NCBI RefSeq assembly: GCF_009914755.1
Contig: NC_060937.1
Length of the DNA: 64,000 nt
Source: the human T2T-CHM13v2.0 reference genome, Homo sapiens
Reading direction: 5' to 3' (one strand)
The notes under the pieces were generated by a model. The model was not told where the DNA came from and did not search any database. It worked only from the letters and a program-made list of their open reading frames with translations. Position 1 is the stretch's first letter, and each line of letters opens with the position of its first letter. Made by a program: the position numbers and the translations under genes. Shown here in pieces: positions 14,855 through 28,234 of this stretch.

Positions 14855-15755
14855 GTTTATTTTAGAATAGTTTCATATTTATAAAATGTCCTGGAAATGA
14901 GATATATACCGCAAGCCCAGTTTCCCTTATTATTAATATATTTGTCACAATTAAAATAAAAATATTGATTCACTATTATTATTCATTGAAGTCCATAAGT
15001 TACTCTGTTTTCCTTAATTTTTACTTGTCATCACTTCTCTGTTTCAGGATCCTATCCAGGATGCCCTATTACATTTAGTTTTAGTATCTCTGTTGGCCTC
15101 TCTGCAGTCATTGTTCACAGACTTCCTGCTTTTGATGATCTCAACAGTTTTGAGGATTATTGATCAATTATTTTGAGGAATGTCTTCACTAGGGTTTGAT
15201 TGCTATCATGATTAGATTTGTGTTACGGATTTTGGGGAGGAGGAGCAGATAGGTAAAGCACCATTCTCATCACATCATATCAAGGGTAACTAGTATAAAC
15301 ATGACTTATCACTGTTGAAGTTAACCTAACTTGAGGTAGTGTTTGTCACTTTTCACCATCGTAAGTTACTCTTCTCCCCTCTTCTCTTTCTGTACTGTAC
15401 TATTTCAAAGAAATTTGCTATGGGCAAGCAAACCCAAATAAACAAAGAAAAAATAGAAAAACATAATGGTAGGAGAATGCCAAAGGGACATCAAACCCCC
15501 TTGCAAGAACTCCTAATGACCAATGCAAGAAACACTCGAATAAGAAAATTAATGAAGTAGTATTGGATTATAACCTAGAATACAAAACAAATATCAGTCT
15601 GTCCATACTGACACAAATAGGTAATTGAATCAATAAGTAAATAGGAATGACAGAAAAATCTGTTGAACAGAAGAATTCCAAAGAATTTATGCAGCTGCAC
15701 TATTCTCAGGAGTTGGGGCATAAGTTCCTCTCCATTTAATTGTGAGCTGCACATC
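14855..15755 (-). mobile_element. Ancient L1MC4/5-like 3' UTR fragment; about 15430-15755 is in the opposite (+) orientation
   Basis: TTTATTTTAGAATAGTTT, CCCAGTTTCCCTTATTATTAA and CAGGATCCTATCCAGGAT match the L1MC antisense 3' end. The right part matches the sense strand. Confidence 0.7.
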
Positions 15756-16450
15756 ATTTTGTTATTTTTAAAAACTTCTTATTAAGGCACAATTTTCTAG
15801 TTTAGCAGTCTATAAATACAGTTCTATCACTAAAATCTAACTTTAAATGCATTAGTAGTTCAAATGCTCATAGATGTTTGCTTTTAAAAAGCATATGAAT
15901 ATGTCTGGAGGCACTGGTTAAATACTCATAAAACACATCTTAGTTTCTATAACATTTTCACCCATCTAAAAATAGACTTAGGAATCTTAGGGAGTTTAAA
16001 ATATGTAGCAAACATAACAAGAAAATGTCTATTTATCAATATATTTCTACCTTGTATGTAAAATATTGAACAGACATCAAAAGTAATAAAAATTTTTATT
16101 TGGAGAGGTATTTTTTTATTACAGAAGTCTATTTGTAATAGAAACATTTAAATAAAATGTCATTTAATTAAATAAATTGAATTTCTCATCTAGATTATTT
16201 GACTAGCTAACGTTAATTCCTATAACTAAACTCTTTCGATACTAGGTAAGCAGCCATATTCCTTGGAAAATTGCATAATTTTAGAACTAGGATTTAGAGC
16301 CAATTCTGTCTTCTCTTGATCTAATACCAATGTGTTTTCCTTTTTATTAGGCTTTATTTTAACATTCAGCTTACATAATAAAATGTTTGCATCATTTTTT
16401 ATGTAGAAAATGTAAGAAACAATATTTTTATTGTATTTTTAAAAGTTTTT

Positions 16451-16747
<297 letters not shown>

Positions 16748-17397
16748 TTAATTATGTGTAACACTTTATTGAATGTATTGCACTGAAGGATGGAAGCAAA
16801 AAGCAATTTTATTATTTCTCAGTAACTAATACTTCATTAAACGTATTCCTTGGGCTAAATTTTGCTACTGTGAAATAAAATCTTAGAAACATTTCAGAGT
16901 TGTTTTAGTCATTTTCAGATAATAAAAGACTATTTTTGCACATATAAAAAATTCAAGCCAGTATAATATCAAAGTTCCAAAATTTCATATTTAATGTAGT
17001 TTATTTTTCTCCTCCTTCTAATTTGAAGGAGCTTAATTTAGCTGAGAAACTTACACTGGAGAAGTAGCACGTGGTCAGTTTCTACTCCCATTTTCATTCA
17101 TTGACTCCTTAAACTTTCTAGATCCTGTTTCAGGCAACCATAATTTTGAAAGAGAAAACATTCAGAAAGGAAAATAAAAGTAAGAGTTTATGTTAGTAAT
17201 ATGGATTTAATCTGGTCATATTATGCATTATGGGGAGTTCACTGCACACACAGATTCTGTCTTTCATGGATATTTATGTGGGTTCTTAGGAGATCCTTAT
17301 TCCTTGAACTTCAAGAACAAGTGAAAACCCCTGGGATTTAAAGATGTCCCTCTTAGCCTTAATTTCTGATCCCAGTATCTCTGTTAAGATCTTCTAA

Positions 17398-17525
17398 ACT
17401 TTCAGGGGAGCCTTTTAGATATTGTCCCTCTCAAAGTAATGCAGTCGCAATAAACATATGTGTGCATGTTTATTGTGACTGTATTACTTTGAGAGGGACA
17501 ATATCTAAAAGGCTGCCCTGAAAGT
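17398..17525. repeat. Inverted repeat, 60-bp arms, 8-nt spacer
   Basis: 17398-17457 pairs with 17466-17525 at 57/60 positions by manual alignment. Confidence 0.95.
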
Positions 17526-17606
17526 GTACATATGTAACAAACCTGCACGTTGTGCACATGTACCCTAGAACTTAAAGTATAATACAAAAAAAAAAGTGGA
17601 AAAAAA
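17447..17606 (+). mobile_element. Severely truncated L1PA (about L1PA4-6) insertion with complex 5' junction
   Basis: 3' terminus ACATATGTAACAAACCTGCACGTTGTGCACATGTACCCTAGAACTTAAAGTATAAT plus A-rich tail. Perfect 14-bp TSD AAAGTAATGCAGTC at 17433-17446 and 17607-17620. Confidence 0.92.
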
Positions 17607-20600
17607 AAAGTAATGCAGTCCAGCTTCCTTCCGTGAGGCCCAGAACTGGCCTAGAGAGCTTTACACATCCTTTGGCCATGAAACTCTGCCTGTTCTGGCC
17701 ATTCCAAAAGTAGTCACTTCCCATTCTGCTGTTGGAACTGACCAGCCATAACCTCTTTCATTTAGACTCTTCCAGCATGAATCAGGCTACTCTGCATATC
17801 CCTCCAGAGTAGAGGTTTGAAGCTAAGCTCTTGGAGTATTTGTTTTCAATCTCTCCTCATGTGATCAGATGAGCCGTTAATAATCCCTCCCTTCTTGTTT
17901 TGGGGTGAGAAATGCAGAATTCACGGCACATCAGCTCTCTCTTAAGGAGATAAATGATGGGCTAGTACTGGCAGAACACATTTTGGCTTGTTTTTGTGTA
18001 AATGCTGCAGAAGTGGTCTGGGACTTTGCTTTGAGAAATGAAAGTATTGCCTAATGTCCTCAGCCACAGTAACATCTTGTTCTTGTACAAATAGTAAAAT
18101 ATATAAATATATATTATTATATGACATTACAGAGCAGTTCTATAAGGTTTGCATATATATCTTATACAATGGTACTACACATATACAATGGTATATTAAA
18201 TAAGAAAATGTTCCAGCAGCAACTAATGGTGTATTTTTTTTCAACAAATTCAACTTTACAAATAAATAAGTCTAGAGATAAAAGCAATAGAATTCACTAA
18301 AGATATGTCTCTAATGTAGGTCAGTAAAACAGTATTAGCAGTGACGTATGTATTTTGGCCAACGTTAAGGTTTATATGAATCACTACACTGTACTTGATC
18401 AGTTATATTTGCTAATTTATAATAAATTTAGGGTATACATATATGTTTCTGAGTGTGGGAGCTTGTGGAAAGAAAGATATTAATATAGGGATGTGCACAA
18501 AAGCTCTTCCTCAGTCTGTTATTGAAAACCTGGTTTTTACTAAATTCCTGGGTCTTTGTAGTATATAATCAGGGTAACTGCAGTAAGCAGAAGGATTGAG
18601 AGGTTTCAGACCACCTTGATCTTCAATGGGGCATACAGTCATTGGTGGAAGCAATCTTACAAGTCAGAGAGAAAGAGGGAAATACAAGAAAGTGCCAGCC
18701 CTGAGTTGGCACCTGCAGAAAATTTCAGAATGCTTGAGTTGGCCTTAAAAACTCGGGAACATCTATTGTGGATGTGAGGTGTTATGAGAAAGAAATGAGG
18801 TAGGAGCCGGGGCGGGGTGCGAGGGGCGGGAATTATAAGCTCTGCCTATGTTGTCAAGGGAATTACACGGTGCATTTTTAGAAGTCTTAAATAAGACAAA
18901 TTAATTTTACATTACAGAAATATACTATTTTTTAAATGTCAGATTTTTTATGTGATCCTTGTGCCAGGCTAGCCACATAAAAGCTAAGTTTCAGATGGAT
19001 TATATTTTATACCTACTTCTTCCTTTTTTTCTCTATTTCTATAACTTTTCTATAATGAAGAATATTATAAACTCAGACCTATATAAAATAAATAAGCAAA
19101 TGTGTAAATAAATCGCTGTTTTTTCCTATAAAACATTGGATATTAATTTCTTTCAAAGCATAATTTTACAAATATATAACCAGTTTTTCAAGATTAAAAA
19201 CTGATCTTCTTTCCTTTGTCAGTGGGTGACAATTTTAAAAGAAAGCTTGGTGAAATCAACTGTCACTTAAAGTTAGTTTTCTGAGCCTATGAAGAGCTTC
19301 CACATATCAGATTTTAGATTGCTTTAACTACTGCCCAGTGTAATCAATTGAAGAGGGAACTGATTCAACCTCCTTTTTCAAGAAAAAGAAAAAAAAATAG
19401 AGCTAAGGCTCCTACTCCCTAGATTTTGAAAGGTAAATGGTGAAATAGAGTTATAAAAGTTTCCAATTTTCTTTCTTTGCCTAAATGTGTTGAATCAGAC
19501 CCCTCTTCAATTGATTGTACAGCAGCTCTGAAAAGGTGTGCCAATTGTAAGGGATTTTTTTTTTTCTTTTAAAGATGCTCTGCAAGGCAGTCTGCTCCTT
19601 ATCTTCAAACCACAATCAAGAGTTAAGGAAACTATTATCTCAGCCCAATTCTTCTTACATTATCTTTTCATTCCTCATTTTCAATAGTTCCTTTTTGGCT
19701 TATTTTTTTGACCTCGAACACCACAACGATTACCCTGTTTATAATGTATAAGATACATAATAAATATAATTCCTAACATAATTCTTTGTACATGTCTAAA
19801 TATAAATAAATGCATTTTCAGACTATCAACCCAGGTATTAAATCTTTTAATATTTTATATTTAAATTTATATATTTAAAGTGCATATTATTGAGTTGCAT
19901 CTATCAATTATTAAGTTGCATATATCATTGCTATTTTCTCATGTTTCTTAATGTACACTGCTTTTAATCACTTGAATTTCTATACAATTTATATTTCATT
20001 AGAAATATATTAATGATATTTTTGTAATCAAAATATAGGAACTTTATTATCTTTCTATTAAGAAAATAAATGATAAGGCGTACATTTTCTCAGCCTTCTT
20101 CATGTGAAATGCTATACAATGATCTCTTTAATTTTCTTGCATGCATTATCATCATTCAACGCTTACACAGCATGTATTTTCTAACCAACCACTGCTTTAA
20201 TAACTAACTTTTCGGGAAATCTCCCAGATACACAGGGACTTATGAAATTACTAATAGAAGTTGTACAGTTTTGACTTTGCTTATTTAGATCTGTTCTGTA
20301 TCATCATTTATATCTTTTCATCTTTGCTGTACTTTACGCATTAGTTTGAGCAATAAAGGTCCATGTATCCTTTTCATTGTACCTGACTGTTGAAGTTTAG
20401 ATACTTTCAAGCACACAGTTTTTTCAGTCATCCCATTTAAAAGATACAACTAAGCATTCACATATATTTTTTAAAAAATATTTATTACTAAGAATGATGT
20501 AAATGAGAATAAGAAAGTTAACCATTTATGATCATTGTAGGACTTGGTATATAGTTTACACAAAAGTTGATGTAAAAGCTTATGTGATAGTGAAATGGCA

Positions 20601-20989
20601 GACATATTCCTATGTAATTACTAAAAGCAACAGTTTTAGAAAGGGGTCAGAAATCTAGCAATTTTTAATACTAAATGAAGCTCTCTCTATAAAAAAATTT
20701 ACAAACATTTTTATTAATCCAAAGACATAATGATGGTACCAAGCAAATTTGCATTCTTAGTTTTTATTAGGTTAAACTATTTTTGAGTAATAAAGTCCGG
20801 TTTCCAAGAATCCAATACACAGGCTAATAATGTGTATAACTTCAACAAAAACATGCTCTATTTATACCTCTATTTTAGTAAAATGCTGAATATTATTAGT
20901 CAATATTATCTCTCCATATATGCTTGTGTTTCATTAATTCTAACCTATGTGATTTCTGTCTGATCACAATGGTTAAGAAATGAACTTTA

Positions 20990-21190
20990 TAACAATATAT
21001 TATATTCACAACAATTTCTAAGATAGTAGATTTTGTGTCTTCATCACAAAGAAAAGTATATGAGGTAACGCATTTGTTAATCAGTTCTATTTAGCATTCC
21101 ACAATGTGTGTGTATTTCACAAATGTTGTACCTAATAAATATATACAATTTTTATTTGCAAAGTGAAAAAAATAGAAAATAAATAATAAA
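20990..21190 (+). mobile_element. L1MA-type 3' end fragment
   Basis: GTATATGAGGTAACGCATTTGTTAATCAG...CATTCCACAATGTG...ATAAATATATACAATTTTTATTTG followed by an A-rich tail. Confidence 0.75.
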
Positions 21191-21886
21191 TTTAAACCTG
21201 TTATGATAGAATGATTCAGAAAGTAAGCTCAATTTAATTAAGCACATGGCAAAAATGAAGAAATTCCTGAAAAGCCTTATATGTACAATTTCAGAATGAA
21301 AATTAGACCTTCTAAGAAGAAATGAAAGAAATTGGAGTTGGAATGGGTTAGTATGGAGAAGATAAGCATAAAAAGAGAAAATTAAAACAGCAATACTGCT
21401 TTAAATTAAAAGGAAGGGTGATTAAGGTGTATATTTTATTACAAAGTACTTCATGTTTGTTATAGAAAACAAAAGGTATATATAAAGAAAAAAGACAAAA
21501 ATACAAACAATCCAACTTTCACATAACAAGCCACTTTGCCTCAACTGATTATCTCACTGCAAATACAGGTTTAACAACTTCAGTAACAGTAGATATTTTC
21601 ATTTTAAAATATTTACCAATTTTATAGCTGAAATGGTATCTCACTGCTATTTTGATTAAAATTATTTGAATAATAAATTACTTTTTTCTCATTAAAAAAC
21701 AAATCCATTTTCTATAGTAATATCTAGAATGTACATCCAAATCTCCAAATGTTGGAATAGAGCTGATCTTGGCAGACAATAGCAATTTTTCCGGCCTTAT
21801 GGGAATCTAACATTGTTTACCAGTATAAATAATAATAACACTAACAAAATAATAGAATTTAAGTAGAACTAGATACATATTAAAAT

Positions 21887-22389
21887 GTGTCTTATTTGGA
21901 TTTCTGAATTTGGTTATGTCCTCAAAACCCCCTGCTTTCTTTCTATGTCCTGACCAAGAAACACAGAATGCTTTGACCGCTCTGTGACTTAGACAGCTGC
22001 ATGTTTCACCCAAAGGGCTGAACCCAAGCTGGAGGCTTAAACATATCTAGGCCCTGATAAAGGTGTCTAAGCTGTTGCTCTAAACACTGAAGGAGATTGG
22101 CCCCACTGGTTCTGAGTCAAATTCCTCAAACCCTCATATAAATTCTTGTCCCCAACCACTTCACTATGGGCATACCTAGGTAGAACATCCATCATGAAGA
22201 TGCTACATCTAGCTGTATAAGTTAGTTATCTTAATACATGCTTTGGACTTATGACACTAGTATTTAGTCTTTCTTTCTTTGTAATCCCAACTGGCCCCAT
22301 CTCAGGAGAGTTTGGGGCACTCTTATGTGGGAACTCCCTTGCTACAGCCTTTGGAGCAACTCCAGCAGTGGGTTCAGGGAGAGAAAGCA
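21887..22389 (+). mobile_element. Solo LTR, MER54-like (ERVL)
   Basis: TTGACCGCTCTGTGAC, GAACCCAAGCTGG, AAACCCTCATATAAA, CATACCTAGGTAGAACATCC and GGCCCCATCTC match the recalled MER54 consensus. Confidence 0.75.
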
Positions 22390-23942
22390 GGGTAGCATAA
22401 GGTGGTGCTGTAAATAGTTTGGATGGAAAGGATCCATTAGCTAAGATTTAAAAAACATTCTCAATGTAAGAATTTCTTGTTAATGTTTGAATACAGCCAT
22501 AAATGAAAGGTCATATAGGAGAAGACAAAAACAAAATAAGGTATATTATTTGTGTATTAAATTCAAGTGATATCAGAATAGCCGATTTAGTAGAATACAT
22601 TTGAATTAAAAGAAAGTTGCAGGTCAAATTCGTGATCCCCTTGAAAGATTAATTCGGTAAGTAGTATTTGGTTAGTTGCAATCAGGGCTGCTAATAATGT
22701 TTTGTAGGCTGCTTTCTTATGACTTTCCACCAGATAAAGGTGAGAGTGAATGAATTTTCATTCCATATATTTAAGATTCACTTGCAAGAGAGAAAGTTTG
22801 CTACATTTTGCATATAGCAATAAAAATAGCAATAATTCCTGGTGCTGACAGTGTTTCACTGATTTAATATTTATGCTCTTCCTACTTAATTTAATTTTAT
22901 ACTCTAAGAGTCATTGTAAATTAATTCATATTCTCACCTCGTGAACTCTGGCATATTAGAATGAGCCCTTAGTAGTTTTATTTGCATACAGAGAAACGAT
23001 TAAGATGACTTTCGTCTTATAGTTGGATACCAGGATGCCCGACTAAAGAATCTAAAACAAAATAATGACTTAAAAAGTACCTTCATATCCATTTATGGAC
23101 TACTTTATATGGAGTATGCTATTACTTTACGAATTTGTTGGAGAGAATTGTGTTGTCTGTGACACATTCAGAATTAAGAGTTGGGGATATTTTAATACTA
23201 TAATTTGAAGTACTATAGTCATATTTCTCTGTCTTGCCCTTGAGAGAACTTGTCTCAAGTTCCTCATAAGAAAAGTCTTTAAGAAAACTGAATTGATAAA
23301 GAACATTCCTTGCACGTACAGTAGACATTTTAGAATCGGCGGGGAAGGGTCAGCCATTTTCTCACTTTGCTTGCTAAAGGGATGAGATGTGAGCATTAGA
23401 GAGAAATGATGCTGCTGAATAAAGCTATGTTTGGTTAGAATTCAGAAAACAACACCAACGACAGAGCAGAAAATCAAAACTGGCTACCAAGCAGATGTCT
23501 CCCAATAAGATTCTGGCTGATGAAGGAGGGGCTGAAAGGTCTTAGAAAACAGCCTCTCCAGGATGGAGACTCAATTAAAAAACTATGTTTCTCAGCTTAA
23601 CAGTCACTCTTGCTCTTTGGTTCCCTTCCTTAAACTACTGAGAGGTAGGTAATCAAGAGTTATATATAAACGCATTTATTAAGCGCTGACTGTGTGACAC
23701 TGGAGATATATAAAAATAAATATGTACAATAAATATACTTGTAAAAATAAAATATAATTACCAAATTTGAGGATAATCAGAGATAAATGCTACAAACACA
23801 ATACAAATATACAATGTGCTTGCATGATAGTAATTAGAGGTATCAGAGTAATATAGAAAAACTTATTCTAATGAAGTAATCATAACAGATTAATAATAAT
23901 AATATAATCATAACAGATTATGTTATTATTCATGGCTATCCC

Positions 23943-23994
23943 CTAATGACTCAAATATCAGCACCCATAGGGGTGATGATATTTGAGTCATTAG
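23943..23994. repeat. Inverted repeat, 24-bp arms, 4-nt loop
   Basis: CTAATGACTCAAATATCAGCACCC-ATAG-GGGTGATGATATTTGAGTCATTAG; 23/24 pairs. Confidence 0.95.
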
Positions 23995-24559
23995 AAAATA
24001 GTAGTGAATAATAACAATTGCTTATGTATATATTAGTGCCATATGCTGGTTTTTGTTCCAAATGTTTCACATGTATAACTAATAAGATCTTCATAACTAC
24101 TGTATGAAATGGATTCAACCATTAAACGCATCTATGAGTGAAGACATTGAGGCCCATACAAGGCTTTAAAATATTCAGAGATGTTTAAGAAAGAGAGCTC
24201 TGGATTTTCAGTGAAATTTAGCCTCTTATTAACAGTATGGCTTACTTAATATGGTTGCTGTAAATATTAAATTAAATTTTAGATATAAAGGCCTTAAAGC
24301 AAGTCCTGATATATTGTAAAATGTTAAAAAATTAGATATTTTTATTATTCTTATTATTAATTTTATGTTCTTATTTTTTTGTTTGTTTGGACTTGAACAA
24401 TGTATAGCCATTTGTCAGACAGCGAGGTCAGTAATTGCTACACAGAATTGCATGGCATGAGAAAGGGAAAGTTGTATGATGGAGCACGGAAAGAATGGGA
24501 AGAGAGGCAGGTTAGTAAAAATGTGCAAAGCATCTGAAAAGCTGTGGAAACGTTTGTAT

Positions 24560-25100
24560 TTATTCCAGTAGGAAAGGGAGAGGAAAGTAAGAGCCTTAAA
24601 TAGAATTGGCATAATTATTTCTCTGTTTTAAAGCTTAATTACAATAACATGTTAAAGAGTGAATGAAGTGGTGATAGAGATTAAAGAAAGATAAGTTATT
24701 TAAGAGATTGTTGAAATGATTTATGTGGAGATGGAGTGCCTGGACTACAAAAATTTCATGAATATAGATTAGTAACAGCCCAGAAAAGCCTCAAAGGTGA
24801 AGTCCAAAGTTTTTTGTTTAAATGATGGGCTTAAATGGTGATGATACCTATAAATTTGAGAAAAAAATAATGGAAGCCACTTTTCAAGGGAGAAAATTTG
24901 TATTTTAGATACATTGAGATATCATCATAAGATTAGCAAGTGAAGATTCCAAGCAGAGTTAGAATTGGTGGTCATAGATTTGGAAGGCATACACAAGTAC
25001 AACAGAGTTGAAGACACTGTAGTAAATAGCAATGAAATAAAAGCAGAAAAAAAAATACTGTGAACAAAAAAGAAGCTTAAAAATAGGAGAAGGGAAAGTA
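24560..25100 (-). mobile_element. L2 remnant
   Basis: Purine-rich L2 antisense motifs (TTTTAGATACATTGAG, TAGATTTGGAAGGCAT). Boundaries approximate. Confidence 0.5.
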
Positions 25101-25838
25101 AAGAAAGATGAACTATTTATGGTTACAGCAAAGCCATTTACATACACGTAAGAAAAATTTAATTAAAACAGAGAGTTCCTAATGATTTGGAAAATGTTTC
25201 CCAAACATGGAATTGGATAGTTATTGCAAATGGCCATTAAATTTTCTCTCAGTTTCTTGACAGCTAAAACATAAAAGAATAAGATTGGCTATATTTATTT
25301 CATGGCTTGAAATCATGGCAGTAAATTCGAAGACTGGTATTATCATATGAGTGCTTATGCAAACATAATTTAATACTATGCCAGACAATGTATATAATAG
25401 GTTTTTTTCCAAAAACAATGACCATGTCTTATATAAACATGTGATAAAAGCCAAATTATTATGTGTACAACAGAAATGAACATGTTCCTAGTCCAATAAT
25501 GTCTTCAAATAGAGAGGCTGATTATGAAAGAATAAAAAGAATAAGAAAAAAATATCTCAGAGCAAATATAAAATAGGTAAATATGCAAACACCTTTTAGG
25601 CATTGAAATTTTGGGGAGAATTAGAAAAATGATATTTTGAAATAATAAATGTTCTACATGAATAAAATCAAAATTAAATAATTTATAGGCATCTTTTTAT
25701 CCCCTGACATTATTTTTTATAATTTAGATCATTTAGATTTTTGGATAATTATTATTATATTTGAAAATCCTGCAAAACAAAACCAAGAGTGTATGCAACT
25801 TTTAGAGAACTTAATTCTAATAGCTTTAAACAATCAAT

Positions 25839-26164
<326 letters not shown>

Positions 26165-26403
26165 TTAAGTTTTAAATATCCTTCTTGCAAATTATTAACT
26201 TTATTTAGAATGTAAAAGTTAGACTATTAAGTATCCTACTAAGCATTTTTTACTTTCTCAAAAGCCTAAAAAGATGAGGCAGATAAATAGCTTTTTTTTC
26301 CCCATAAGAGTCTTCCTGTTGTTGTGGGTTTTGGGGAAATAAATAGTATTAAAAAATGAAGAAATTTTGACTATTTGGGAGTTTCCAAATAGTATGTTGA
26401 TAA

Positions 26404-26738
<335 letters not shown>

Positions 26739-27385
26739 CCAGAGTATTTTTTTTTAATAAAAATACTTATTTTAAAATCTAAAAACGTAAACAAAGATGG
26801 ACACAGAGAGGGGGTTTGAGACAGTATTTTCAGAAACTGGTACAGAACTGCAAAGCTTCTCTGATTTGAGCTTGCACTATTCAAGTAGTTAATAGTTTTA
26901 TAAAAGCTTCATTTTTCCTTTTGTGTTTTATTTTACATTTAATATCTATAAAATGACAAATGATCATTAAAACTAGTGAGGCTGTCAATATGTTATCATC
27001 CTAATCTTTAGGAAATTCTCAAATAGAGTCTGAAATTCTTGATATTCCATGATGTAATAATGTTTCCTTCTTATGTGTGACTAATACATTTTGACATTTT
27101 ATCAAAGGATGGTGGGCCAGTATTACTTCAATATTCTGTGTAAGATGGGTTCCAAGTACTGTGAGAAATGAAAAATTACCTAACACATTGCTTGGTGAAA
27201 ATTATTTTATGAATAGATATGCTTTTGTCTATTACTTGTAATTTTTTCATATATAGATTATAAAGTTTATTATACTTTTATCTCAAAGCCAGAGTTGTAG
27301 TTTAAATTTTCAAGGCCTACCATTTTTATACAAGGAAGGCAAGAAACAGAAAATTCCAGGTAAAAGGGGGCAATAAATTCACCAA

Positions 27386-27700
27386 TCTTTCTTTCTTTCT
27401 CTCCCTTTCTTTCTTTCTTTCCTTCTTTCTTTTTTTCTTTCTTTCTCTTTTTCTTTCCTCCCTTCTTTCTTTCTTTTCCTTCCTTCCTTCTTTCCTTTCT
27501 TCTTTCTTCTTTCCTTTCCTTCCCTCCTTTCTTTTTTTCTTTCTCTCTCTCTTCTTCTCTTTCTTTGTCTCTTTTTTCCTTCCTTATTTCTTTCATTTTT
27601 TTATTTCTTTCTCTCTCCCTATTACCTCTCTCCCTCCTTTGCTTCCTACATTCCTCCCTCCCTTCCTTCCTTCTCTCTTACTCTCTCTCTCCTTTTTTCC
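27386..27700. repeat. Polypyrimidine low-complexity tract (CTTT/CCTT/CT)
   Basis: About 315 nt almost entirely C/T on the + strand. Confidence 0.95.
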
Positions 27701-28234
27701 TGAAATGGAAGGCTGGTAGAGTTTGTAGAAGCTCAGCTCTAAATCCTAATCTGAATGAATATATTTATCAGTCCGAAGCCAAAGGCAATTTGGATGACTG
27801 AAAACAACCACTTTGAGGGAGAAGTTGAATATTGTTTGGCAACTGCATTGGACAGGAAATGGAGAGCATATTAATCCCTATGTCAGGGTCTCTTTCCTGG
27901 TATTAGAATCATTGGAGGCCTGACTCAGAGAGGAAAGATGTCCAAGTGGTTCCTTAAGTGCCAATTGCATGTGTGAAATAAAAGTTATCAATGTTCTTTC
28001 AGCACCTCTCCATTCCGTTCCCTGAGGTAGTCACTGGGGTAGTAAATGTTAATAGCCTAGTCTTTTTCTTTCTACACATTTTCCAAAATAATAAAATATG
28101 TGTGTGTATGTATGTATGTGATAAATATTATGTATTTATAATACTCTTTTTTATATTTATAATACTTTTTGTTTACTTTAACAAAAAGAATACTATAAAG
28201 ATTATGCTGCAATTTGCAATTCTTAGAAACCTTT

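Noticed and set aside
27270-27801. Lys/Glu/Arg-rich and Phe/Leu/Ser-rich ORFs (also 42993-43202)
   Set aside because: They are translations of simple repeats.
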